Assembly: GCA_046350775.1 (NCBI GenBank) | Contig: JAXLZS010000001.1 | Coordinates: 481,838-545,837 of the forward strand | Reading direction: 5' to 3' | Source: Minisyncoccota bacterium | GTDB lineage: Bacteria > Patescibacteriota > Minisyncoccia > Phycocordibacterales > UBA5272 | DNA: 64,000 nt | Notes under the pieces: generated by a model | Told to the model about the DNA's origin: nothing | Databases searched by the model: none | Seen by the model: the letters and a program-made list of their open reading frames with translations, nothing else | Program-made: the position numbers and the translations under genes | Part shown: positions 9,342 through 18,227 of the stretch, piece after piece | Numbering within the stretch: the stretch's first letter is position 1 | Layout of the letters: every line of letters starts with the position of its first letter

Positions 9342-9833
9342 TTAAATCTGATATTTTCCTGATCTTTTCAAAATGCTTTCTCTTAGATTGAGTCTTTTTT
9401 CTTGTTTTTCTTCTAAAATATCAAGCTTTCCTGCTAGTTCTTTTATTTTATCTTGAGTTATAATTTTATTTTTTATTGCCTCCTCTTCTTTCTTTTTATT
9501 TATTTCATTTTGTCTTAAGATTTCGCTACTTAATTCTTCTTTTTTAATTTCTTGTTGTTTTTCCCAGACAAAAGTTTTATTTCCAATTAAGAATTTATAA
9601 GCCGATTCTAAAACATCAGCAAAAGGTCTGGTATTTATTTTTACAAAAGCCAATGCTAAAAACGTGCCAGAAAATATAAGTATTAGAAAAATAGAGATTA
9701 TTGCACTTGGTATCAGTTTCCAGAAAATATATGCAAAAGCAATAGCTCCTAAAAGATAACCAAATTGTTTAAAAGTAAAAGGGCCAAAAACCTTATCTTC
9801 AATATCTAAAAATTGAGGAATTCTAAATTGCAT
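9342..9833 (-). CDS. PrgI/VirB3-like small membrane protein (two TM helices plus a C-terminal coiled-coil tail)
   Basis: MQFRIPQFLDIEDKVFGPFTFKQFGYLLGAIAFAYIFW… followed by a second TM, located immediately upstream of VirB4 as in Gram-positive T4SS (prgI-prgJ order). No catalytic motifs are expected for this family. Confidence 0.45.
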   Translation of the reverse strand: MQFRIPQFLDIEDKVFGPFTFKQFGYLLGAIAFAYIFWKLIPSAIISIFLILIFSGTFLALAFVKINTRPFADVLESAYKFLIGNKTFVWEKQQEIKKEELSSEILRQNEINKKKEEEAIKNKIITQDKIKELAGKLDILEEKQEKRLNLRESILKRSGKYQI

Positions 9834-9859
9834 AATTATATTTTAGCACAATAAATCAA

Positions 9860-10960
9860 TCAGATTGTCTCTCTATAAGGATCAAAAGCCTCTTCTACTG
9901 ATGTAGATTCTTGTAAAGAATTTGAATTTTCTTTTACATTTTTCATCTCTTTTGCATAATAAGTTGGATTTTTTGCTTGTCTGTATGCTTCCTCCTTTTC
10001 TCTTTCTTGTTTCAATAAATCCAGATCTTGATTTTCTTTTTCTCCGTTTTCAATTTTTTCTTTTAGAGTCTCAGCAAAAATTTTACTTATTTCTTCATTT
10101 TCTTTATCTGGCTGAATATCTATATTTTTATATTCTTTATTTTCTTTTGCTGCTGTTTGAGATTGGTTTTCTTTATCTCTTTCCTCTCTTAATGCTTTTT
10201 CCTCTTGCTTTTTTCTTTCTGTTTCAGCTATTCTTTCTTCTTCTTCTTTTTTAATTTGAGCCATTCTTTCTTTTATCTTATCAGTATCTGAGACGTTTTT
10301 TAGATTTAGTTTAGCCAATAAAGAGTCTCTGTTTAGCTCAGATTTTTCTTCTTGTTTTTCTGTGATATTTTGTTTGTTTGATTCTCTGTTTTTATATCCT
10401 ACCAAGATTTCACCTTTACCATTTAGATTGCCGGTTCTTTCTAAAAGAATTTTTCGTAGTTCTTCTTTTTCTTTTTCTTCGTTACTTTCTTTTAATGTTA
10501 AATGTCTTATTTCTTTATTTGTATCAGATTTACTTTGAAGTATTTGTTTTCTTATGTCAGATAAAATATAGGCGTCTATATTTTTCATTATAAGTCCAGC
10601 TGAAAAGTCTTCTAATAATACCCCGCTAGCTTTAAAGCTTTCCATTAGAGTATTTTTTGCTTCAGTTATAGGAAGTATTCCCACTAATATAGACACAGCT
10701 ACATTTTCTATTATGATATTTGCTTTTTCATCATCCAATTTTTCTATTTTACAAATTAATCTTATATTTTCTTCAAATTTGTCACTTAAAATGTAGTTTT
10801 GTATTGCTGGAGAGGATTGATTAAAAGCTAAATCAAATTTATCAGAAAAATTTTCCTCTGAATTATTTTTTTGATCCTCATGTAAAAAAGCATAATCAGA
10901 TGTATTTTCTTCTTCTTTATTTTGGAGTGTCTCTATATTTTCTTGAGTATCATTTGGCAT
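9860..10960 (-). CDS. Highly charged (E/K-rich) predicted coiled-coil cytoplasmic protein, unknown function
   Basis: Long intact ORF of low-complexity E/K-rich composition with heptad-like patterns. It sits between the VirB6-like and VirB3-like genes. Confidence 0.45.
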   Translation of the reverse strand: MPNDTQENIETLQNKEEENTSDYAFLHEDQKNNSEENFSDKFDLAFNQSSPAIQNYILSDKFEENIRLICKIEKLDDEKANIIIENVAVSILVGILPITEAKNTLMESFKASGVLLEDFSAGLIMKNIDAYILSDIRKQILQSKSDTNKEIRHLTLKESNEEKEKEELRKILLERTGNLNGKGEILVGYKNRESNKQNITEKQEEKSELNRDSLLAKLNLKNVSDTDKIKERMAQIKKEEEERIAETERKKQEEKALREERDKENQSQTAAKENKEYKNIDIQPDKENEEISKIFAETLKEKIENGEKENQDLDLLKQEREKEEAYRQAKNPTYYAKEMKNVKENSNSLQESTSVEEAFDPYRETI

Positions 10961-11019
10961 AATTAATAAAAATTAATTTATTAATTATATTTTAACATGA
11001 ATTATTTTTAATTCATCTT

Positions 11020-13803
11020 TTATTTAAGTAGTCCCCTTATTTTTGTGTTTGTTAAAGGTAGTTGATCAGAAGCTTTAGAAGATGGTCTTTTTCTGTTTTT
11101 TAATCTTTCTTGTGTTATAGCTTTTAATGTTTCTGCCATAGATTTTTGTTTTTTTGGATTAGCTCCAATAAAAGCTTTACCAAAGCCGCCTTCTTTTAAT
11201 GCTTGTCTTACGTCTTTATCTTTTAATATTTCTCTAGCTTGATTATTCCTGGAGCTGTTTGGACTGATTGGTGATACAGAAGAATTTGTATTTTGAGTAG
11301 AATTTATACTTTCTGTCGTCAAATTATCTGAGCCGTTTGTTATGGGATTTTTGATTTCCACAGTCTTTAATTTTTGATTATTTTTTGAGCTTTTATTGTT
11401 TTCATTACCAATTTTAGCTTGGCTTCTAGCTAAATTTCTTTGAATCCTTTTTTGTTCATCAGAATTTATTTCTGACACGCTTACTCCTTTTCTTTTAGCT
11501 TTATCCTCTTGAGATTCTATTTGTGTCCTGTCTTTATAAGGTTTATAAGAATTAATATTTAAATTCTCTGGTTTTTTTGTGGGCTCTTTACCTGTCATCA
11601 TTTTAATTTGAGATGATCTCCATTCTTGTTTTGTTCTTTTTTTATTTTCTAATGAGTCTCCAAATTTTTCTCTATTTGCAGCATTTATCGTATCAAAAGA
11701 ATTCGCGATGTTTTGGTTTTGTATAGATGGTTTTTGTCCAGTAGGAGCTATTACGCTACTTTGCGCTGTTTGTAGAGGTATTGGTCTACGATTTTGTGTA
11801 TTATTATTTTGCCAAGGGTTTTCGGTGGCATTTCCACTTCCCGTATTACTTGTAGTATTTATCTGTCTGTTTCCTCTTATTCTATTAAATGCTTTTGTGG
11901 CACCACTTGCTACTCCGCCAGTAAAGCTAGATACAGCTCCGGATATTGTACCACCAACCTCTCCGCTTAGATTTTTAGCAACTGTTATAGCCAACTGCAT
12001 CACCACTACCACAACTATTGTCTTTATTATACCAGCCAAAAATCCTGGATTATCAACCGTTGCAGCATCTAGTTCACTGTTTGTTTTAATAAGATCGCCA
12101 GAAATATTTCCTATTCTGATAGCGATCATCATCATAAACATAAAAATAGGAGCAAGTAAAAGGTTGTTTATAAAATTTGTCATCACCATACCTTTATATT
12201 TCTTGAGCACATCGCCAAACTTTCCAGGAAGATCATCAGGCAGTACCATAATTGGAGAAAATATTAAGCATAACAGCAAGACTATACTTCTTGAAAAAAT
12301 TAATATCATAGCTTGAAATAAAACGTATAAACCTAATACATTTACACATATTTGTCCAAATGTGTACGCGACAGTACTCCAATCCCCTAAATATTTTATA
12401 TTATCTATAGTTTTTTGATTGTCTCCTGCTGATATTCCTAGTGTATTACTTATAACATCTCCAAAATTTTGAGAAGTGTCTCCACCATGAATGGCTCTGT
12501 ATGTATATATTGTGACGATATTAGATTGATCTACCAGCCACCCTGCTATACCAAAAGAGAAATATATAAATAGTGCGGTAAATAAAATTTTTGGCAGGAC
12601 TTTCTCTATTTTTTTTGTATCATTTTCTATCAACATCATTATAATTAAATAAAAAACTAGAGGTAGCATAAGAGATGCTATGGCTGCAAGTATTATCGTC
12701 TTATAAATTTCTACAGCATGTGAATTTTGGACCCAGTCTTTGAAATTTAAGACACTCATATCAAAGATCCAATTAAATAAAGTTCCTAACCATCCTAATA
12801 CTATTCCTATTGTACTAGCTATCAATTTGAACATACCATTAACTACATATGCTGCTAGACTACAATTTGGATTGTCTATAACATTATTAGTTCCAACTCC
12901 CCACAGAATTTTTGTTTGGCATTTATTGTTAAATTCCGCTTGGATGCCTCTTGGCTGATCTGGAAGTGTTGAACCGACTGAGTCATCAGTAATATCTGTA
13001 AACTTTACTATTGTATTTAAATCTATTTTTTCATTTGAGCTTAGGCCGTAACCATTTCTGTCGGCGTAGACTGTCTTACTATTAATTTCTTCATCTGTAA
13101 GAGCCCTCTCTGCCCGAGACCAATTTAGATTTCCTCCATCGTGAGTAAATTTTTGTATACCCTCAGCTTCTTTTCTTATCTCAGGATCCATCATAGTGTA
13201 AAGTGATGATGTGGCGTTTAGAAATTTTGTAACTTGTATATAGTTATACAAACGTACAGCCCTATGTAAAGTGTCAGAAACATCATCGGTAGAATCAATC
13301 CCATTATTAGGTTTTGATGTTACATTTGCAAGATTTGGTATAGCTATTTGTCTGTTTATACCCAATTCATACTCATCTTTTCCTTTTCTTAAAACATCAA
13401 AAGTGTTATCGTATTCATTTTTTGCTATGGTTAGTCCATTAGTTATAGTTTGAATTAAGAATTTTTTTAATAATGTAGAGCTTGCGTCATTAGCTGTAAT
13501 ATCATTAATACCTTTTATATAATCTCCAAGATTATTTGTCTCATCAATAATATAAGCCTTTTTTGCTTCTTCTTGAATTATTTTTATATTTTCGTTTTCT
13601 TTTGTGGTGTTTGTGGTAGTTGCTTTTATGAAATCTATCTGATTAGATTTATTAATTGTGTCATAAAAGTTTATGTTTATTGCAGCGTTAGCTTTATTTT
13701 GTTTCTTTCCTGCTCCGAATACAAAGATTAAACAAACTATCACTACAAATAATAATTTTAATGAATAAAAAGAGAAAATTTTAGAAAATATATTTCTAGA
13801 CAT
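11020..13803 (-). CDS. VirB6/TrbL/PrgH-like polytopic membrane protein with a large N-terminal extracellular domain and a low-complexity basic C-terminal tail
   Basis: Signal/TM, then a ~330-aa ectodomain, then at least 5 TM helices (ILAAIASLMLPLVFYLIIMMLIE, ILFTALFIYFSFGIAGWLV, VLGLYVLFQAMILIFSRSIVLLLCLIFSPIMVL, LLLAPIFMFMMMIAIRI, IIKTIVVVVVMQLAITV), then a G/S/T/N/K-rich tail. The topology and cluster position match VirB6-like channel proteins. No sequence-level proof. Confidence 0.5.
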   Translation of the reverse strand: MSRNIFSKIFSFYSLKLLFVVIVCLIFVFGAGKKQNKANAAININFYDTINKSNQIDFIKATTTNTTKENENIKIIQEEAKKAYIIDETNNLGDYIKGINDITANDASSTLLKKFLIQTITNGLTIAKNEYDNTFDVLRKGKDEYELGINRQIAIPNLANVTSKPNNGIDSTDDVSDTLHRAVRLYNYIQVTKFLNATSSLYTMMDPEIRKEAEGIQKFTHDGGNLNWSRAERALTDEEINSKTVYADRNGYGLSSNEKIDLNTIVKFTDITDDSVGSTLPDQPRGIQAEFNNKCQTKILWGVGTNNVIDNPNCSLAAYVVNGMFKLIASTIGIVLGWLGTLFNWIFDMSVLNFKDWVQNSHAVEIYKTIILAAIASLMLPLVFYLIIMMLIENDTKKIEKVLPKILFTALFIYFSFGIAGWLVDQSNIVTIYTYRAIHGGDTSQNFGDVISNTLGISAGDNQKTIDNIKYLGDWSTVAYTFGQICVNVLGLYVLFQAMILIFSRSIVLLLCLIFSPIMVLPDDLPGKFGDVLKKYKGMVMTNFINNLLLAPIFMFMMMIAIRIGNISGDLIKTNSELDAATVDNPGFLAGIIKTIVVVVVMQLAITVAKNLSGEVGGTISGAVSSFTGGVASGATKAFNRIRGNRQINTTSNTGSGNATENPWQNNNTQNRRPIPLQTAQSSVIAPTGQKPSIQNQNIANSFDTINAANREKFGDSLENKKRTKQEWRSSQIKMMTGKEPTKKPENLNINSYKPYKDRTQIESQEDKAKRKGVSVSEINSDEQKRIQRNLARSQAKIGNENNKSSKNNQKLKTVEIKNPITNGSDNLTTESINSTQNTNSSVSPISPNSSRNNQAREILKDKDVRQALKEGGFGKAFIGANPKKQKSMAETLKAITQERLKNRKRPSSKASDQLPLTNTKIRGLLK

Positions 13804-13866
13804 GAATATATTGTATCATAAAAACGGTCACTACGAGAGTGTAGTGACCGTTTATTTTCAATGTTT

Positions 13867-16383
13867 TTATTCGCTGCAATTACTTTCTACAAATTGCTGG
13901 ATAAGCTCTGTGGTCGATGCTGTAGACTTACAATATTCATTTGATGTACCATCCGAAGATGAACAGAAATTTTTTATCTCTGTCTCTGGTGAGGCGCATA
14001 TTTCAGAAACATTCTTACTTACAGCTACGAAATTTGGATCATTTTGTAGTTGATAAACTAAATTATTTATCGTATTTTGAGTCATCGTCAGATTTTTAAG
14101 ATCACAAATACCTATACCTATTTTTTCACAATAAGCTTTTTCAGAATATGTGGAGCTATTTTTACTAGAAACTTGGAATGGATAAGCTTTTCTAGGTACG
14201 TCTGGAGTAAATCTTAATAGTGAAGTGTATCCAAAACCATTTAAAAATGAAGGTATATATGGATTTGATGTTGAGCTATTTATTGCATAATTTTTTACTA
14301 ATTGAAAAGCTCTTAATCTTATATTTTCTAAATAGTGAGCACTAAATGGAGCAGAAGTCTCATAATCTGTTGGTATAAATTGTTTTGTTGATTTATCATC
14401 TATGTTTGGTGTATTTTCGCTACTTGTAAACTTTGAAATAAAGTTCCAGTCTAGAGTCACTTCTGCGAGCTGTTCTTCTGTTATTGTATTGTCTAGAGCT
14501 TTTGCTATTTTATCCATATTGTCTTCTGGTCTAGCGTTTGTACTTAAAAAGAGATTTTGTAGCTCGTTTAATTTTTGCTCTTTGTAATTGTTATACGCCA
14601 TCTGACTTATAAGACTACGTATATCTTTACCTAAATTATTAAAAGCAGTATTAAATTTATTTGTTGCTGATCTAATATTAATCAGGTCAGCATAAGCTTT
14701 TTTGTTCTTTTTATTTCCTCCTAGCAATCCGTATAGATTATAAGTAAATACGTTTAATATTGCGCCTTTTGTTCTCACCTCTTGTAATTCTGTCTTATAG
14801 TCTTGATTGATTTGGCCTGTATATCCTAATGCTAATTTTAATATTGAGTAAGTATAAACTTCTTCATTAAGTTTTTCAGTATTTATTTCTCTGGCTTGTT
14901 TATAAAGGTCTAAGACTACAGGTATCCTATCTGCTGTCGCTGTAGCTGTGATGCCGAGAGCATATTCTTTATTTGAATTTCTACTTGCATCTCCTAGGTC
15001 AAAGCTACTCTTGGTTATTCCGACTACATTGTCTAGCGTGGTGGCAAGTTGAGCATAAGTATTGTTGGTTGTAAAATCTGGAGATTGACCATTATTATTA
15101 CTGTATCCCATACCAAGAATACTATTTGCTATATCTAAAAATGAATTGGCTTGATTTGCGTATTTAGAAATACCACAAGCTATATCATTGAATGAGGCTC
15201 CTCCACTTGATGACCCTCCCTGCAATTGGGAAAGAGCTGAAATATCAGAAGCAGATCCACCGCCAGATCCAGAAAGAGATGATATATCAGAAGAAGACAT
15301 GCTACTTCCACCACAAGAAGCGTTTGTTGATTGTGCTTTTGCTAATATGTCTAGATATGGAGAAAGTCTCGCTGCGTCGATATTTGATTTTATTACAGCC
15401 GCACTACTAGATGCTGACGTCACTAAATTATCACAAAGAGCTTTATTAGGATCAGAAGCGTCAAACTTTTTTGCTTTTCCATCTTTATCGACACATATCT
15501 GACTTCCTATTATCCCACCATTGCTTGTGTATTGATTTGTGGCGTTAGTTATACTTTCATTATAAGCTTTATTAATTTTATCCTCTAGTGCTGCTGCTAC
15601 TCCACTAGGCGTGTTTGCTGGATCTGCTAGAGCGACATTTGTTAGTGGTCCACCGTATCCAGCTTTTGCTAAACCAATAAATACTACTTGAGCGGACTTG
15701 CCTTCTGTTTCAGAAGAAAGATCTGTGTTACATAATTTGTCTATATCTACATTTTTAACTGAAGGTTTTGGATTTATGTATGTTTTTGGTTCTCCATTTT
15801 TCACTATATTTTTTAATTTATCACTATTACAAATCTCTTTTTGGGCGACAAAGGGCAACTTGATTGCTATGCTTTCATTAGCCTCACTTCTTATTTTCTT
15901 TGTCACATTTTTTAAAGCTGTACTTATGTATGGATTTGTGCCAGATTGAGTAGCTTGATCATTTAATACATTTCTTATGGCATTTTCTCCATTACTCTTT
16001 AAAAATCCTTTTAGATCAGTCACTACTTGAGCTCCGTTTGTTAGAGGATTTGTAAAGGCATCACGCTTTATAGATATTGATTGGGTCACAGCGTCTCCGA
16101 TTTGTTTTATAGCTACACCAGAAAGATTTGAAGCCAGCATAGACATGTCAAAATTTTTTATATTTTTAGCAAGAGCGGCTGCACTTTTTGCAGTAGTTAC
16201 AACAGTTTTTGCTGCTTGTACTCCGAGTCTTATATCGTCAATTACCATATTTGCGGTTTGGACAATAGTTAAAGCGTTTTGTACAGGATCAAGAGCAAAG
16301 GCTCGCATAGAAAAGGTACTTAAATATACAAAAATCCCTAGTATAAGAATGTATTTTTTGATTTTTAGATTTATTTTTTTCAT
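13867..16383 (-). CDS. Large secreted protein (838 aa) with signal peptide, helical N-terminal region, S/G-rich linker and Cys-containing C-terminal domain; possible T4SS surface/adhesin component
   Basis: Intact ORF with a clear signal peptide (ILILGIFVYLSTFSMRAFA) and a central SSDISSLSGSGGGSASDISALS linker. Its position within the T4SS-like cluster is the only functional clue. Confidence 0.55.
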   Translation of the reverse strand: MKKINLKIKKYILILGIFVYLSTFSMRAFALDPVQNALTIVQTANMVIDDIRLGVQAAKTVVTTAKSAAALAKNIKNFDMSMLASNLSGVAIKQIGDAVTQSISIKRDAFTNPLTNGAQVVTDLKGFLKSNGENAIRNVLNDQATQSGTNPYISTALKNVTKKIRSEANESIAIKLPFVAQKEICNSDKLKNIVKNGEPKTYINPKPSVKNVDIDKLCNTDLSSETEGKSAQVVFIGLAKAGYGGPLTNVALADPANTPSGVAAALEDKINKAYNESITNATNQYTSNGGIIGSQICVDKDGKAKKFDASDPNKALCDNLVTSASSSAAVIKSNIDAARLSPYLDILAKAQSTNASCGGSSMSSSDISSLSGSGGGSASDISALSQLQGGSSSGGASFNDIACGISKYANQANSFLDIANSILGMGYSNNNGQSPDFTTNNTYAQLATTLDNVVGITKSSFDLGDASRNSNKEYALGITATATADRIPVVLDLYKQAREINTEKLNEEVYTYSILKLALGYTGQINQDYKTELQEVRTKGAILNVFTYNLYGLLGGNKKNKKAYADLINIRSATNKFNTAFNNLGKDIRSLISQMAYNNYKEQKLNELQNLFLSTNARPEDNMDKIAKALDNTITEEQLAEVTLDWNFISKFTSSENTPNIDDKSTKQFIPTDYETSAPFSAHYLENIRLRAFQLVKNYAINSSTSNPYIPSFLNGFGYTSLLRFTPDVPRKAYPFQVSSKNSSTYSEKAYCEKIGIGICDLKNLTMTQNTINNLVYQLQNDPNFVAVSKNVSEICASPETEIKNFCSSSDGTSNEYCKSTASTTELIQQFVESNCSE

Positions 16384-16394
16384 ATTTTTTATTT

Positions 16395-17327
16395 TTATTT
16401 AGCATCAACTCCTAAACTTTTAAAATAATTTAAAAAGTCATTTATTGCTTTTGTAAAAGATGTCTCGAAATTATTTAAGTAATTATCTCCACCTAGAGCC
16501 AAAAATTTCATCGGGTCAGTTTGTATTTTTATTAAAGATTGCATATATGCATTTTGCTCCTCAAGTAAATTTATTATTTCTAGCTGATAGCTAGCTCCTC
16601 CTACTGTTGCTGGTATAGATATAAGAGAGTTTATTAATTCTAGATTTGCGTTTATTTTTTTATTTATTTGGTCAGACACAACATTTGGCATTGTGCCATC
16701 TGAATTTAGTACCAATTTTGAATTATCTATACTTTTATATTTATTGATAGATTCAGAAATTTTTTCTCCATATTTCTGAAAAGCAGAAGATACTTGGTTG
16801 TAGTATTCTTGGTAAGAATTAAAATTTTCTTCTCTTGTCACATTTAAAGCGCTCAAAGTTTGTATATTTCCCTCTGCTTGAGCTTTATATTTTAATAGGA
16901 CATCAGCTAAAACCTTTCCCCTTGTGACCTCATCAGTCACTCCATTTTGTTGTAAATAAAGATTGGTCATTATCAAGTCTTGTGAAAGATCGTAAGTCAA
17001 ATTATTATTTGGATTATTTACATAGTCACTATTGGTATCGTATTTTGTACCGGACAAATCGATGCCATAATCTTTAGCTATCTGATCTATCATTATGCAG
17101 CTTTCTCCATTTTTAGGATCGATTGTGACCATATTCCCATAAATATCTCTACATGTATTATTTTTATTATCAGATAGATAGTTTTTATTATTACTTTTTG
17201 TCTGTGTAAGTATAAAAATCAAAACCACCATGACCAATATTCCATAAAGATAAGTCTTTATGCTGACCTGTTGTAACAAGTCTTTTGTTTTATTTAAAAA
17301 ACTATTTTCACTATTTTTAAATTGCAT
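16395..17327 (-). CDS. Bitopic membrane protein (short cytoplasmic N-terminus, one TM, ~260-aa ectodomain); VirB8/TcpC-like topology
   Basis: TM at about residues 25-45 (YLYGILVMVVLIFILT) and cluster context. Only the topology is seen. Confidence 0.4.
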   Translation of the reverse strand: MQFKNSENSFLNKTKDLLQQVSIKTYLYGILVMVVLIFILTQTKSNNKNYLSDNKNNTCRDIYGNMVTIDPKNGESCIMIDQIAKDYGIDLSGTKYDTNSDYVNNPNNNLTYDLSQDLIMTNLYLQQNGVTDEVTRGKVLADVLLKYKAQAEGNIQTLSALNVTREENFNSYQEYYNQVSSAFQKYGEKISESINKYKSIDNSKLVLNSDGTMPNVVSDQINKKINANLELINSLISIPATVGGASYQLEIINLLEEQNAYMQSLIKIQTDPMKFLALGGDNYLNNFETSFTKAINDFLNYFKSLGVDAK

Positions 17328-17414
17328 ATATTTATAATACTAATAATTAATAAAATGACCGATTATAAATATATTGTATCACGAAAAAAAATCTAAAAGT
17401 CAATACTTTTTATT

Positions 17415-18203
17415 TTATTTATCGATAATTAGATTTGTTATTTTTATAAAATCATCCTTACTTAAATCCTCTGCTCTTATCTTAGTATTAATTTTTAATT
17501 TTTTAAATATTTCTTCCCAATCTACATTTTTTATTTCATTTTTCAAATTTCCGATCATGATTTTACGTTTATGAGTGAAGGATTTTTTAACTAAGTTCAA
17601 ATATTGTTTTTCTAGTTCTTTATTTATTTGTTCTTTATATAGATCTATAGAAATTACAGCACTGTCTACTTTTGGTTTTGGGAAAAATGATCCAGCTGAT
17701 ACCTTGTATACCATCTTTACATTTCCATATAGTTTTGTGGCTAGTGAGAGGATAGATTCTTTTTTATCTTTAGCTATAATTCTTTCTGCTACTTCTTTTT
17801 GCATCAAAAGCACCATTTTTTCTGGCTTTTTATTTATAGATAAGAATTTTTCTATTATAGCCCCAGTTATATAATATGGAATATTGGCTATTATTTTGTA
17901 TTTTTCATCTTTTTTAAAGATTTTTTCAATATCTATTTCCAAAATATCTCCTTCGATCAAAGAAAAGCTCTTATTTTTTATCTCTTTTTCAAATTTTTCT
18001 GTCAAAAAAGCTATTAAATCACTATCTTTTTCTATAGCCAGCACTTTTCCTCCAGCTTCAAGTATTTTTTCGGTCAAAGCTCCCTTTCCTGGTCCAATTT
18101 CCAGTATATTTTCGCCTTTTACTATTTCTCCAGCCTTAATTATCTCAAAAATAGCCTTTTGATTGTTTAAAAAGTTTTGTCCGAGGGATTTTTTGGGTTT
18201 CAT
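17415..18203 (-). CDS. rsmA: 16S rRNA (adenine1518/1519-N6)-dimethyltransferase RsmA/KsgA
   Basis: LGQNFL motif and a SAM-binding EIGPGKGALT motif; length 262 aa. Confidence 0.9.
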   Translation of the reverse strand: MKPKKSLGQNFLNNQKAIFEIIKAGEIVKGENILEIGPGKGALTEKILEAGGKVLAIEKDSDLIAFLTEKFEKEIKNKSFSLIEGDILEIDIEKIFKKDEKYKIIANIPYYITGAIIEKFLSINKKPEKMVLLMQKEVAERIIAKDKKESILSLATKLYGNVKMVYKVSAGSFFPKPKVDSAVISIDLYKEQINKELEKQYLNLVKKSFTHKRKIMIGNLKNEIKNVDWEEIFKKLKINTKIRAEDLSKDDFIKITNLIIDK

Positions 18204-18227
18204 TTAGATAATATAGCAGATATTCTT

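Noticed and set aside
9922-12316. Low-complexity F/L-rich track ORFs antisense to the E/K-rich and VirB6-like genes (9922-10254, 10378-10593, 11708-12316)
   Set aside because: They are mirror images of AT/GA-rich coding sequence on the other strand, have no start context, and overlap far better-supported genes.
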